A DNA stretch of 64,000 nt from assembly GCA_043228905.1 (NCBI GenBank), contig JBHGNT010000002.1, forward strand, positions 21,018,001 through 21,082,000. The letters run 5' to 3'. The position numbers and the translations under genes are program-made. Each line of letters begins with the position of its first letter. The first letter of the stretch is position 1. Shown here piece by piece: positions 46,601 through 60,649 of the stretch. The DNA is from Azolla caroliniana. Its lineage: Eukaryota; Plantae; Polypodiophyta. The notes under the pieces were generated by a model that was not told where the DNA came from, did not search any database, and saw only the letters and a list, made by a program, of their open reading frames with translations.

Positions 46601-49284
46601 ATTTCCTATTTTTTTGTTCCCGCATTATTGTGCATTTCATAATCGGATTTCCTCACGAATCTCAGTAATCGAAGACCAACACGTTTGTAGTTGAAGATTT
46701 GGGCAAGCATACTATTCTATTGTCATTTACTCAAGCAAAAGCTTTGTTGAACGGTAGATGCTCCTAACGGGACAAGGATCTTGAAAGATGAGATGAGGCA
46801 AGGCGTAGTATGTTAGTTAGGTACTCAATTATATAATGCACACTAGTGAGGGCATAGTCTATAGTCCTTCAACACCCAAGTAACTCTCCGTCGAAGGTAA
46901 CTAACTTGTAATTTTAGCTGCTTGATATATTTATTTTCCTAATATATTTATTGTTATGATGAACTCTACCCATGGTTCACGTCTCTAGATTTTTCTCTTC
47001 TTCAACAACACATTGTCTTCCTACATTCCTCATGATATCTATCCCCTTCATGTCTTTCAGTTTATGCTTGTAACTAATCTCCCAACCAACTATGGCTAGC
47101 AATCAATCGTAAGATTGTTGTCTAAATAGCTCCTGGAAAACAATCTAGAGCAATTGGGTAGCAGTTACTATGAAACCCTAAACCCTATTAGGTGAGGGTT
47201 ACTTGAGAAACCTAGACATCTATCTTTGGGTTTGGGTTAACTTCATTTTGATATAAAGCGCGATATTACACATGTACTCCCAGCCCGGACCTCGTCCAAT
47301 TCCATGTTCCTAAACCGTAAACCCTAGACATCTATCTTCAAGTTTGGGTTGTCTTCTTTTTGCTATAAACACTACCTCGACAAACCCTCCACCTAAGAGA
47401 GTCTTGTATCCCTTGTCAATATCATAGTACCTGCTATTGAAAGTTGTTCCGCACCTTGTCAATTGCCATCAATGCCATATTATGACTCGAATTTAACATA
47501 TTTATTATCAATATATACAATTAAATATTCGCATTCATATGTTGTGTGCGTTTAAATTACACACTAATATGAGGTGTTGAAAAATCTAGTTTGATACAAA
47601 CAATATGATATGAGGTGATCATGAGTTCTTACCAAAACGATTTTGAGAAGGCCTTTCCCCAACCTCCATCGTGTTCATCAGCTCGGCCACACCATTCCAC
47701 GAAGAAGATCAAAGACATTGTGACAATAAATAATGCTCCAATGGTTATCCAAAGTTGCCAAGAGAAAGGGGAAATGAATGTCCAGAATCAAATATTACTC
47801 CTAGATTGAAGTGGCGCGATCATTTGAAGACTTGATCCTATATATGGCTGGGTAAAGTCTACTAACTGTAACCGGTCACTAGTGATCGTCAAATCAGCAA
47901 CTACTCCATCTACGTCCTATGACCATGCATGCATATAGTGAAAACCAATACGAACGTATTACTGGAGCACAGAATTAATTAAAACCTTATTAATCCAACT
48001 TGTTGTATGCTATGTAAATATCATTATCAAGCAGTGGAAATTCAAAGCACCGTGTGCTTGGCATTCAAAGGTAACGCAATATCTTCATCAAATCGGCTTC
48101 CGTATGTCAAAATCGGACAACTCCCTCTCCATACGAAGCGATTCTAGTGCATACATTTTTGGCTCTTACTCCATACACTTGTACTTGATTGCACATGTAT
48201 TTCTTTGAGTAAAAATTTCAATCTTTGGTATTAAATTTGCTCAAACTATTCCTTGGACCATTCTACACAAGGATTACTAACAAAGTTACTTTATCTCTTC
48301 GAAGTGAGCACATCGTACTCTCTTGAGAGTAGCTTTTCCATACAATACAACAAAACCAATTATTCACCGAATAAGCCTCTCATATTTGACTTATTTGGCG
48401 CTAAGAAATATAGATCTTGCACAATTAATCAAATAGATCTTACAAGAATAACTAGAAAACATTACCTTGGCCAACCGATGCTTGAATAGTATATCATGGA
48501 ATGTCAAAATAATTTTAACGATGCTAAAAATTACTTTTAAAACACTCATATGTATTGGAGTTCAAACTCTTGTCCACTGGATCAAACCCTCAATTATAGA
48601 TGGAATTATCAACAATTTGTTAGTGCCTATGTCAATCTTTGAACGAGATTCCATGGTAAGGGGTATGATATTAGGACAATCTTAGTAATTTGTTACATAT
48701 AGTCTCGAGGTATTTTATGGACTTAGATATTAGTTTCTCCCTGTCTAGCCATGACATCCTACTTGAGGATTGCCACAATCCCTTATGTCTTTTCTATCAT
48801 TAATGTGCACGTAGAAATTCTTGCTAACATAGATATAAACACATTATCGAGGTCCATTTATCATAAATGATTAACCTTAAGCGATTGATTTTTACGAAAT
48901 TTAAGTGTCATTACTACAACAAAAACAAAAACAAATTACGTATAGCTAATGTAATACCTTAGAGACAAGCTTTTGCACAAGGTCATTATAGGTTGGGTCT
49001 ACAAGGCCATCTCCATAGCCAATTAATGTGTAATTAATACGATAATTAAGCTTCTCAACGCATTCTTGAAACACATTGATGGCGAAGCCGGAGAAATTGA
49101 CGACGGAGTTGGGCGTGACCGGTATCTCAGACGATTGCCAACTCACAAACTCCTCGAATCCAAGTTTGAGAGGAACAAGGATCTTCAAGTTGGAGGAATT
49201 GGTCGCGTGCGCAGTCGGAAATTCAGGGGAGAAGAAGATGGCAAGCACTAGGAGAGCCGTGATGAGGCCCATCGGAGCATACAT
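40698..49284 (-). pseudogene. GLR: Glutamate receptor-like ion channel gene lacking the ATD; exons about 49284-48958, 47916-47633, 41703-41672, 41522-41116, 41021-40698; probably disabled
   Basis: S1 LKILVP..GFAINVF; DGVVADLTITSDRLQLVDFTQPY; M1 PFSWQLW; pore LTAMAIFFSH; M3 FTSSYIASLSSIL; S2 GSFEVNYL..AIIDESPY..GGFAF|AFQKNSSL..KWL; M4. Exon 2 has an in-frame TGA and an apparent frameshift. Confidence 0.85.
42120..46681 (+). mobile_element. Old Ty1/Copia with an internal deletion, inside a GLR intron; LTRs 42120-43064 and 46159-46681
   Basis: TGTTAG..CCAACA LTRs; PBS TGGTATCAGAGC at 43068; PPT gaagggggag. Decayed gag-pol resembles the 9158-14703 family. INT jumps to mid-RT near 44990. No matching TSD. 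Confidence 0.88.
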
Positions 49285-49357
49285 GGTCGGGGGATGAGAA
49301 TGACGGCCCCAACGGGTGGCCAAGTGTGAACTGAGGGGGTGGAAGGGATGAGGGAGA

Positions 49358-49437
49358 GAGAGAGAGAGAGAGGGGTTTATATATGTAATAATGTATGTAT
49401 ACATACACATATACATAATATATATCATGTATATGTA

Positions 49438-49494
<57 letters not shown>

Positions 49495-49495
49495 C
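49358..49495. repeat. (GA)n and (TATATG)n microsatellites around the putative GLR TATA box
   Basis: Direct inspection; TATAAA on the minus strand near 49376-49381. Confidence 0.8.
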
Positions 49496-51245
49496 AGAAT
49501 GAGCAAGTCATGGTCTATTGCTCAGAGAGGATCATCTGCAGAGAATCATGCATTTTGGTCAATCCTTCGCTGTAAGGATGGATTGATGTGTCGCTGCTAG
49601 AACCAGGAGATTCTGATTGAGCTCTCCTCGTTCGTAAGGTCATCTAAAGGGGAGACCCACAGATCATGCATTGCTCAATCGCCATTCAACTCATTGAAAA
49701 ATTTAATCTGCACAGACTCATTATATTCAAACCTCTTTTTCAGGAAATTATGTAGAGAGGAATTCTTTTGAACATCATCTATGCGCACTACCCTCTGTAT
49801 CTGTGTTGACCTTGAGGAGATTCCTACCCAGCATATTCTTCGTATTTTTTTGTTCTTTTTGGGGGGGTATTGTATCGTCTCCCATGATCCATCCTTTTTC
49901 CATAACTTCAATAACAACATAACATACAATATGCAATTTTATTTGTCTAATCTACGAAATCTAAATAACATAATTTGGATTAGGTTTTTTTTCCACATTT
50001 TTTATGGTTTTTTTTTTCATCATCTATCGTTTTGACCATATTTGCATTACTCTACTTAATATATATGGAAAATGAAGTATAAATCAAGCAAAATGTAATT
50101 TGCAATATAATGAGATAAATGTCAAAGGCCTACTCTACTTAATCTATCATTCATAAAGTAATGGAAAGCAACATTATCCGTAATATAGTTTAGGGGAGTA
50201 CAACCCCTTTTATTTATAGTTCTTCATTTCCTTTTTTTGAAGTGTTCCTATTACTCCTCCGTTAGTAGTTACCATTAAAATTTGAGCTACATATAGAACT
50301 AGATGGTGAGGAATGTCAAATGGAAATAAAATGACAAGTCGCAATGATGAAGAGCTTATGCGAATGTTTATATGTATATAAATTAATGCATTTATATTTC
50401 TATGATTGTATGCAAATGATTGTAAAAAATGTGCGTGTGTGATTGTTATATGCATGTGTAAATGAATGAATGTATGCATTTGTATAAATTAATGATTGTA
50501 TGTGTATATATGTACAAAGTACAATTGTATGTATGTTTATGATTTTATGCATGTATTAAATGTTTCTATATGGCAAATGACTTCTCAAATTTGGCCTTTA
50601 CATATTCTTTGTTCCCATATAACTTCATTGCTTCATAAAGTTACAAAGTATAGTGAAGCTTGGGGATGAAGTTTTGGAGAGGACATTCATGCCATCATCT
50701 AGACAACCTTCAACCTTCTTATTTCCATTACCGGGTATAGTAGTGCTCCAGCTCAAAGCTTCTAAGGTGCATATTGTTGCACAATGCCAATGGTCCTCTC
50801 ATATTTTCCAATGTAGTGTAGGCTAGGCTTGAAGCCTTAGAGATTTATGTCACGGCATTGTCCAAACTATTCCAAGGGATCTCGTTTTCACACATGTTCT
50901 TATCTTTAGCCTTATCATTGGGCACTTCACGATCAAATGATGCGAAGTTGTTCTACACCACACTTACACCCTTGTTATAATCTTCATGTCCCAATGCATG
51001 GACCATTGTATTGACCACCTTCTTTCCTTTTATATTATTATCAAGCATTCTAATTCAGGAGAAAAATATATCCAATATCTCAAAGGTACTTGGGACTTCA
51101 TTGTTAAATTGTAATGTAAGTGTGTATGGTAATGGACACATGCACATTATTCAGGCTATTTATGATTTCATATATATGTACGCATTACCACAATCATATA
51201 CAAACATCCATATAATAATTTATTAATTAACACATTCATGCACGT

Positions 51246-52034
51246 TGTCGTAGTGTATTTCGTACACTACGTGAAAAAGTAAAAATAATATAACCGATTT
51301 AATTACATATAAATAAATAAAATAATATATCAAGATATTTATCACGTGCATAGGGCAGGATTCAAACCCTGTACCTCCACGTTGACAAACCCCAACCTTA
51401 CCATTATGCTACCTTATCTTTAGTGTTCTACAAATAGATTTAATAACTATAAGTGCTTTATTTGCACCTACCTTTATTAAAAGGTAAATCGTGCATTTTT
51501 AGAGTGCGTGAATATTTTATAGAAAAACGCAAGCAACTAAAAAGTGACTCATGCACATCTAGCGTGCATGAGCACTATATTTAGCAAATAAAAGCAAGGA
51601 TTAGAAAAGCATCACATGCATATTTAGTGTGCATGAACATATTAGAAAAAAAGCATGTAGCTATGCTTAGTCTCTCCCATCACTACATAAGGATGGGGAG
51701 CACAATGTAATAGGTGTGTGAAATATTTGGAAATTGGATATATTTCCGAAAACACCAACCGATTAATATAATCGTGGGATTCACGAAAATAATATAATCT
51801 ATACTTGTGGGATTCACAAGTTTCTTATATCTTTCTTTCAATCTAAATACATATTCTTATCTAAATATTGATTAATCGAATACAATACACTCGTGGGATT
51901 CACGAAATTTCTATCTCTCTTTCTAATAATCTATCCATTACTAGCCTCATCTCATATTCTTCTTTCTCCTAGTCCAAAACCCCAGTGGTTCCCACCCGAC
52001 TCACGCAAACGATCCGGAGCCGAAAGGCACGACA
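51246..52034. mobile_element. Solo-LTR-like insertion, 789 bp
   Basis: Termini TGTCGT...ACGACA; 4-bp duplication ACGT; absent from duplicate copy 1 (empty site atgcacgtacattt near 27955). Confidence 0.85.
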
Positions 52035-52979
52035 ACGTACATTTATACACTCGTACACATAGATACCTTACGTTTAACAATTCAATTATAAACTAGCATA
52101 AATATATTCAAACTAACATTTATACACAAGATTCTCATTCATACATACACATTCAGTCACACACATATAGCATACATAAATTGATGCACACATTCATTCC
52201 TACAATCAATCATTCATGCACACACATACATACTAGAATTGTTTATGTACGTGTTTTAGGTATTATGGAACTTATGTTGGAGAAATTACCATCAACCATC
52301 CCAACACTTATATTCTCCATATAGTTGCACGATGGTATCGGGGTATACAGATGAGGATATAACATCACACTTGGCTCTCTTACAAACGCTCGAGTATGAT
52401 GACCTCCGTAAGTGCTTCTCTAATGCCATTGCAAACACAAACTAGGAGGACAACTCATGTACAACCACCAGCACCAGAACCATCACCAAAACCAAGAACA
52501 CGTATAGGCACCGTCAAGGGCACTTCCTACATTGTTATCATGTTGCAAATAATGCAATAAGGTTTGATTGAAAGATCCAACTAGACTGACTTGACAAGAT
52601 GGAGGGTCTTGAAAGGTTTGTATGTCAAGAAACATTAGCCATATTTTAGTCCATAGTTTCTTGATTATCTTGCTTTATTTTGTTAGGACATACTAGAGAT
52701 GTACCAAATGTCGTAACCAGCTTGACTTCTAGCATGGGCTGAAACCTACAACTGGTGGGTTTACAAATACATCATCAACTTCCACACGATCACGCGTGAC
52801 TCTAAAAATTGATTGTAATCTTGACAAGAGCCTTGATGGAATTTCTCTAGGACTTAGGGTTTTGTTTAAAAGAGTTAGATGACCTTGTGGAGTCATACGT
52901 CCCTCAAACAGAGAGACCCATTGAAAGAGTTCATAAAGGTTTCGACATGCTCTCAATGTCATAACATGATCCTATAATT

Positions 52980-54254
52980 AACACGTTCGCGTTCAGAAGT
53001 GGAAGGATAGTGCATTCCATTTTTAGATTCTTTTTATAATTTTGCAAATTTATGCAATATATAGAAACTTGTTACATTAGTATGACATGTTCGTCAACCC
53101 ATATAGAATTTGCTAAATTATTAATAGTTAACAAGTTTTAAAGTAAAAAACATGTATTCTTTGAATATTTATAAAGTTGATGATCTCTGAATACAAAATT
53201 TATTTAAAATTAAGAATATGACAATTGCTTATTCAATTTAAATGCTATATTATGTAATTTGCAAAGTTGGTTGAAATATTGAGAAAATCATGACCTCTAG
53301 ACATAAAATGTAATTAAATTACAGGTTACGAACATGGTGTATACAACATTTGATAGCTATAGTTAGTGATTATGCATTATGCACTCTAATACTTAGTGAA
53401 TGCGGCCCGATATAATACCTTACTCTAATGTTAGTAAGAAAGAAGAAAATCAAACATATGGACACTATGGACATAAAGTCCATGTGAAATATCATCTAGA
53501 GTTTTCCCAATACACACACATGAATGAGGACATCCATACACATGTATCATATAGTGGATACACTTGGAGACTCATTATGGTCACACCCAAAAGTAAGGCT
53601 TACCAAACAAGGTTCTCTACACCATGACAACGAGATCTCAACGCTTGAGCCATAGAATATCTTTGGTCCATGCTATGAAAGACCACTATTCTCCACAAGC
53701 TCGTTTTGGTCAACTTTTGCGAAATCCTTCACCATTTTCTCCAATTGTTTGAACCTAAATGGTTAATCATCATAAGAAGATCCGACCATATATAAATCGT
53801 ATGGAATATCCACAATGAGTAACGTGTACTGCTTGTTTGGCAACTTCTGGATCATCTTCGGCACATCACCATAGTACACATTATAATACAATTCTTGGGT
53901 GATATCATTTTTGTGGCTAAACTTCTTGAAAGTTCCGTAATCGTCCACATCGAATGCCTTCATTAAGCACCGATTGTTTTGTTTCTGTGCTCTTTCAAGA
54001 TGGGCAAGAAAGGAAGTTGGAAAATCATGTTTGTCTTTGACTTCTCCAGGCTTCTTGCTATGACATGGTTTCTATGTGAAACAACAAAAGAAGTAACTCA
54101 TACATTGTTCACATATGTAATAAACTAGAATGGAAAATTTCAAATATGTAATACTAACCCAATCCTTAAAAGCAAAAAAAATTTCCGATAACTCCTTGTA
54201 TGAAGATGTAATTGAATACTCTTCAGTCACTTGTTCTCATGTTAAGCAACCAAG
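52980..54254 (-). mobile_element. Duplicate of the MTase-transposon remnant
   Basis: TIR at 52980 preceded by AATT; ORF 53763-53963 contains FKKFSHKND..IVDIPY. Confidence 0.88.
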
Positions 54255-54366
54255 TGTTGCCGGTTAGGAACATGGCCGACCCTCAGTCCTTCGGGGTACG
54301 TATCAAAGTGATCGTGGTACAGGGCAGGAAATTGCATAGCGTGTGGAACGTAGTGAGTTAGAGCAT

Positions 54367-54634
54367 TGTGGTGAAAATACAACGAGGATACGTGAACTTG
54401 AGGTAGGACCCCAGGGCTTCCGACCAAAGGATATGAGATTCATGCGTTTATACTTTTAACAATTAATGGAAATGAGAAAATATTGTAATTTTTCATTAGC
54501 AAAGGAAAAGAAAATTACAATATTTCTCATTTCCATTAATTGTTAAAAGTATAAACGCATGAATCTCATATCCTTTGGTCGGAGGACCCGGGGTCCTACC
54601 TCAAGTTCACGACACTCGTCGTATTTTCGCAACA
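54367..54634. repeat. Fold-back LTR ends (duplicate copy) heading a Gypsy internal region
   Basis: Same hairpin; the right arm resembles the LTR end at about 59950-60080. Confidence 0.85.
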
Positions 54635-57600
54635 TCTTTGGTGAACCCGACGTGAAACAAGGCAGTAGGAGGATATCAAGTGCAATGATGGCTTCGACAA
54701 GCGGAACTCAAGGAGAGGAATTAACGAAAGGCATGGAATACATGCTGAAGGTGAGAGATCGGGAGGCTTTAATCGACAAAGATGTTGATTGAACGGTGGA
54801 GATAGTTGGATGGTTTGGTGGCAAGAATATCACAGATCTCCTTGCTACCTATCTAAACGAGATGTAGCAGAGGGATGTCAATGATCTCAAACAAATTTCT
54901 AGCTTTAAACGTGTGGTGGAACCAGGGATCTGTGAGCGCATAATGGAGATCTAAAACGAGCACACAACTTGGGCAGAGTTCGAAAACGTGGTTCTTGCTG
55001 AATACATGCTTGAAGATGCGTCAAGGATGACTCGACATACACTAATGATTTGGATCGAGAAGAAAGGGAATAATCTGTGTGCGGCAGGAGTATATGCGGA
55101 ATTTGACCAAAAGTACAACTGACTTCTGAGTGCGGATCAACGAGTTCTCGAAAGAGATAAAGTCCTGCTGTTCTTGAAGGTGGTGGATATGAAAGAACGG
55201 CGAGAATTGGGCAGCCTTTTGGAGGTTGAAATGCAACCAAATGGCTTGGTAGCGGATTGGGCGGCGGTGAAGAAGACTTTTAGCCGTCTTGATAAGCATC
55301 GACAATGGTTAGAGGAGACTGATGTGGAGAATCCACAATCGTGGAGGACGATGCCTACAATGATCGAGCCGAGCAAGCTGATCAACAATTTCGACAAGAA
55401 AGCGATGGAGGAATCTATAATCGAAGAACTCTCCAAGAAGTTTGAAGCTATATCACTAGCCAACTTAGGTCGACGCGGGCCCAAGGGCAACATGATCCAC
55501 TCGAGCGAGACCCGGAAGCCACTACGAGTGATCTTCAGAAGAGGCTTTAGATAGTCATGTCGACCTTACTTTGAGAGAACTACTTGGGATCGCGAAGAAG
55601 GAGTTCCATGATACTATCGTGGACCTTATTAAGTGGAAGCGGTAACAATATGATGAAGGGGAGATGAAAACAAGTGCCATAACCATGACAAGATCGAAAG
55701 AGGAGGAGGAAGAAGAAGTGGTGGGAGATAGCCATTACTCTCAACCTCATTGGCCAAGAGCGACAACGGAGATGCCGGTGAAGATCGAGGAGAAGAAAGA
55801 GACCGTGGTGGCCTTGATTGACCATGGCTTGGAGATCAACCTCATGTCGACCGAGTTCTACAAGAAAGTAAGATGGCCGATTAATACAAACCACCGATGG
55901 AGGATTTCAGTGGCAACGAAGGCCACATGGACTTGTACGTAGCTTGCCCCAATGTTAAGGTCACGATCAGGGATGTGGAGATTGATCAACACTTCTTCGT
56001 GCAAGACTCGGCTTTGCATCCTGTCATCCTAGGACAACCGTATATAACATCGTCCCGGATGGAGACCAAGGTGTTCGATAATGGAGTAGCCTTTGCGTGA
56101 GTCAAGAGTCTTGATAGTGAAAGATCTGTTCAACTCCTGATGGTGCGAGCTAATCACGAAAGGAAGTGAGATAGCCTTGGAGGTGAATCCTCGGATTTTT
56201 AAAGCGAACTATTGACGCGTAGCCCACAAATAGTCTGAGCAATCAAAAATCTCCACAAGGAAGCAAAGACCGTGGATTGCAAGGAGAAGCAACATGCGTC
56301 ACACCTAGGGCACATGTAAACTAACACTACTCAACCAGAAGGACAAGCATTGGATACAAGACTCCAAGAAGGTGCTAGACGAAGAAAGCATAATCGAAGA
56401 AGAAGAATTCCTATCTCATATTCTGGAGGAAGCCTCATTTAACAACACCATCGGCGAAATAGAGGAAGTCATGGACTTGAGCTATCCACTCTGGATACGA
56501 TCAATTCCAGTTGGCGATCAACGGTCGTGACATTACAACCATGAGGACTCCGATCGGGCTTGTGCGGATGTGTACCTTACCTCAAGGTGCAATGAACTTG
56601 GTGGCTCATATGGTGAATGCCATGAACAAGGTCTTGAAGGATTGCATCCCAAGCATCACGATGCCATTCTTGAATGACAATCCGAGAAAAGGATGTTTGG
56701 ATGAGGAGAAGGATGAATCGAAAGATAAGGATGGATGCAGAAAGTTCGTCATGGATCATATGAAAGATTGCGAGAAGGTGCTCCAAATGCTCAAAGATGC
56801 GAATTTGACATTTTCGGAAGAAAAAATCTCATTCGGGAAACTAGAGATCTTGGTGGTTGGTCACTTGTGTGGAGCATACGGTCAGAAGGCTTCACCATCC
56901 AAGGTGAATGCGATCCAAGACATGAAAGAAGAATGAGTAACCCAAACGGAGGTTCAAAGGTTCCTTGGAGCATGTGTGTTTTATCATATTTGGATTCCAC
57001 ACTACGCCCACATTGTTGAGCCATTGTATGGTCTACTAAAGAAGAAGTAGAGGTTCGAATGGATGGGCGAGCATACTTTCTCCTTCTGAAGGCTGAAGAA
57101 ATTATTGATGGAGGCACCTGCATTATGGAAGGCAGACTATTCAAACGGCAAGCCCATTTTCGTGACCGTGGATACTAGTCCGACCGGAATTGGATGGGTT
57201 GTCAACCAAGAAGACGAAGATTGCAACCGATATGCAATTCAGTTTTGCGCAAAAGTGTTAAGTGATAGGCAAAGAAGGTATGCCCAAGTGAAGAGGGAGC
57301 TATGGGGAATTGTATCGGCAATCAAGTCTGATCGTGACTACCTTATTGGAGGAGAAGTCATAATCGAGACAGATTGCCTACCAATCTTGGGTATGATATG
57401 TAGTTGTAGTACACTAGATATTGCCATACTACGTTGGATTGCATATATCAAATCACTCAACCTAGAGATCCTTCATGTAGCTGGGAAGCGTAACGTCATT
57501 GCAGACATACTAGCACGAGAAAGATACGACGGAGAAGAAGATCGACATTCTAATGAAGAGGATGTTGGCTTGGATTTCTTTACAAGTTCCTATGCTCGGG

Positions 57601-60080
57601 TGCTGACTACTTTCATAGAAGAGGACTACGAAGGAGAATTCGTGGTGATCGGGAAATACTTGAGTTCTCTCCAAAAAGATGAATCATGGTTGACAGAAGA
57701 CTTCCACCAAATTCGGAAGAAGGGGTACAAGTATTTCCTTAAGGATGGAGCTCTTTGGAGGCATGCAAAACAGAAGAATGGGACCCCAATGAGAGTTGTT
57801 TGCAAGCTGGAAGACCGACAAAAACTAATGTCTGAATTTCATGACAATGTTTTTGTAGGCCATCGAGGAATATGGGCTACATTCGCGAAGCTTAAGGAGA
57901 AATATTGGTGGTCGTGCATCTACAAAGATGTAGCAACTTATGTGGAAACATGTAAGGAATGATAGATGTTTTCAAATGTTCGCCATCGAGATGAACTTCA
58001 TCTGACTTACCCGTTGGCTATGCATGACAAGTGGATGGTGGACATCGTAATGATGCGAATGGGGCGATGGCATATGAAGTATCTTGTGCTCGCGAGAGAG
58101 GATCTTACCAATCAAGTTGAAGGGCTAGCATTGAGAATTAAGAAGACATCATCAGTATGCAGATTCCTTCTTGGAGATGTTATTTGCAGATGTGGATGCG
58201 TCAGCAAGATAGTGGTTGATAGAGGCGAGTTGGATGCCAACGAAGCTAGAGAATTCTTGTCTAGGATGGGAATCAAATTATCTCTTACCACGGCGTATAA
58301 TCTGGAAGCGAATGGGAAAGTGGAATGTGGACATGGACTGATTGTGAAGGCTCTAGTGAGAGCTTGCCATGGGAAAATAGGAGAATGGCCATGTCTATTG
58401 CCATTTGCACTATGGGCTGACAGGACTACTCATCGCACGGTGATGGGATACATGCTGGAAGATCTTATATTCGGTCAGAAGCCGATAATGCCAGTGGAAC
58501 AGAGTATTACAGTTTCATGGTTTGCATTGCCATGGCAAGATGAGATAAGTAGAGAAGATCTTCTAGCATTGAAGATTCACTAGTTGGAGCGGAAGTTGGA
58601 AGATATAGAAGTGGCTAAAGCGTGGCAAAAGAATGCAAGGCTGAAAAACAAGAAAGACTTCGACAAACGACATTGACTTTGTTCGAGGAAAATCGTTGAA
58701 GGAGATTGGGTGCTGGTCTACGACAGTAGCCTAGACAACCAACATATTACGGCTCGAAAATTTTCACAACGATGGTTTGGACCATGTGCTGAAGAAAGTG
58801 GAAAATAATGCAACATATCGTTTAGTAGAACTGGATGGTACACCACTTGCTTTGCCAATTGCAAGAAACAGAATCAAGATCTTTAAGAGAAGAGAGGCCC
58901 CAAATCTTGAAATCAAAGCTCTAAACGATGTAGCCTCGACCATCGAGGTTGAAAAAGAGTAATCAAAAGAGGAACCTCACCACAATTGGCACATATTGGT
59001 GCAGGTTTGGTGGGGGTGAATGTCATGTAGTTCTTCACACACGATGTCAAAAAATAGTAAATAATTGTTTTAGATTAATTTAAATGTCTTAGTACAAAAA
59101 GATGGACGTCTTCAAGATATCCCACATAGATAGGACAACATCGGATCCAATAGTATATAAGGAGGGTCAGAACCTATTTGTTATATCAATGTGTGGAGCA
59201 TAGAATGTTCAAGGTGATTTGGGCTAGATTGTGTTGATGAATGGGTAGAACGACGCACGGGCGCATGCACCGTTCGAAAGGATGCGTGGCTCGGCAATTT
59301 GTGACGTACGGCTTGGCGTCTGAATCGCGGGATGGGTGCACAGTTCAAAAGGACGTGGGCTCGACGGTTCATTACACACACAGGCACATGCACGGTTCAG
59401 AAGGACGCGTGGCTCGACAATTTGTGACGTACGGCTTGGCGGCTGAAGCGCGGGATGCGTGCATAGCTCAAAAGGACGTGGGCTCGACGGTTCATTACAC
59501 ACGGCTTGGTGTGGCTCAATTGCGGGATGCACGCACGGCTCGGTCAGGACAATTGCATGGCTCGAGTCGGTCGGGACGCAAATACGAATCATGCACGGGC
59601 TGAACTTTATGGATGATTGATGCAACTAAAAGTAAAGGCCATGCAACTAAAAGTAACGGTCATGCAACTAAAAGTGGGCATGCAAAGGAACATCAAAGGC
59701 AAAGATCAACAAAGAACCCCATATATATTTTACTCTCTTCTTTTCTCCATGGGGGTTGCTCCCTTATCTTATCAAAGCCATAACACTCAAAAACCCTAAT
59801 TTTTTTATCAGGGCCATAAACCGTAATTTTCTTTACAGAAGCCATATCTCTCAAAAACCCTAATTTTTCTTTTTTTCTATTAATCTCAGTAAACCTAAAA
59901 CTTCTGAATCCCAATCTTGGGACATATTGGAATTTTCTTTCCCTTTGCTAATGAAAAATTACTAAATTTTCTCATTCCCATTAATTGTTAAAAGTATAAA
60001 CGCACGAATCTAATATCTTCTGTTTGGAGGCCCCGAGGTCTTGCGTCAAGTTCATGTATCCTCATCATATTTTCACGACA
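54510..60080 (+). mobile_element. Degenerate Ty3/Gypsy element with tRNA-Trp PBS; 3' LTR 59021-60080
   Basis: PBS TGGTGAACCCGACGTGAA at about 54639. Gag; PR (IDHGLEINLM); RT (LPQGAMN); RH (TVDTSPTGIG); INT (GHRG, TTAYNLEANGKVE). PPT tggtgggggtgaa then TGTCATG...CACGACA. Confidence 0.88.
59262..59505 (+). repeat. About 120-bp tandem repeat x2 inside the Gypsy LTR; short tgcaactaaaagt x3 follows at 59620-59675
   Basis: gcgtggctcg.caatttgtgacgtacggcttggcg...aaaaggacgtgggctcgacggttcattacacac is repeated. Confidence 0.8.
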
Positions 60081-60649
60081 ATGTGTTTACTAACGGCGTA
60101 ACACTTGAGACGGCTACAACCGAGCTCCTAGTGTGCGTAACCACGCAACTTGTATTCACCTTACACACTTACGTTGATACAGTCACACAGAGACAACAGA
60201 GAAGAGACAAGAGATAAGAGACAGAACTTAGAGAAGACCAAAACTATATTAAACGATTGTGCTTAGTATTGCGCTAGCTCTTTATAATGTTCATATGCCC
60301 TTTATATACACAGGGCCTAGTCGGTTACGCTTCCCGCCTGAACCGTTAAACGCGTTACTTCAACGCTTCTATTATAATTAATACGCTTCTTTATCATGAG
60401 TTATTTACGTGTGTCCTCTTACGGCAAACAACACATGGCACGCCTGTGGGACAATGCCTTGGCATGTCGGACCCCTCCTCCCTTTACTCGTCTTCCAAAA
60501 TATTGAGGATATTTAGCGTTCGTCGTTACTTGTTGTGATTGGTGGCACCGTAACGTGGTTAGGCTCGTCGCTTTGTGGCTCAACCGGCGCTTCCTCTTTC
60601 TTTTCAATTGTTTTTCATTTTTTCAAAAAATAAATAAAAATATATTAAA

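Larger units (their letters stand above)
48045..54663 (+). repeat. Segmental duplication, copy 2
   Basis: As copy 1, plus about 430 bp extra at 49329-49756 and a solo LTR at 51246-52034. Confidence 0.95.

Noticed and set aside
46755-46840. Tiny GLR exon-1-like fragment (FKILVPL) and a 30-bp direct repeat shared with about 42077
   Set aside because: Too short to support a feature call without an alignment.
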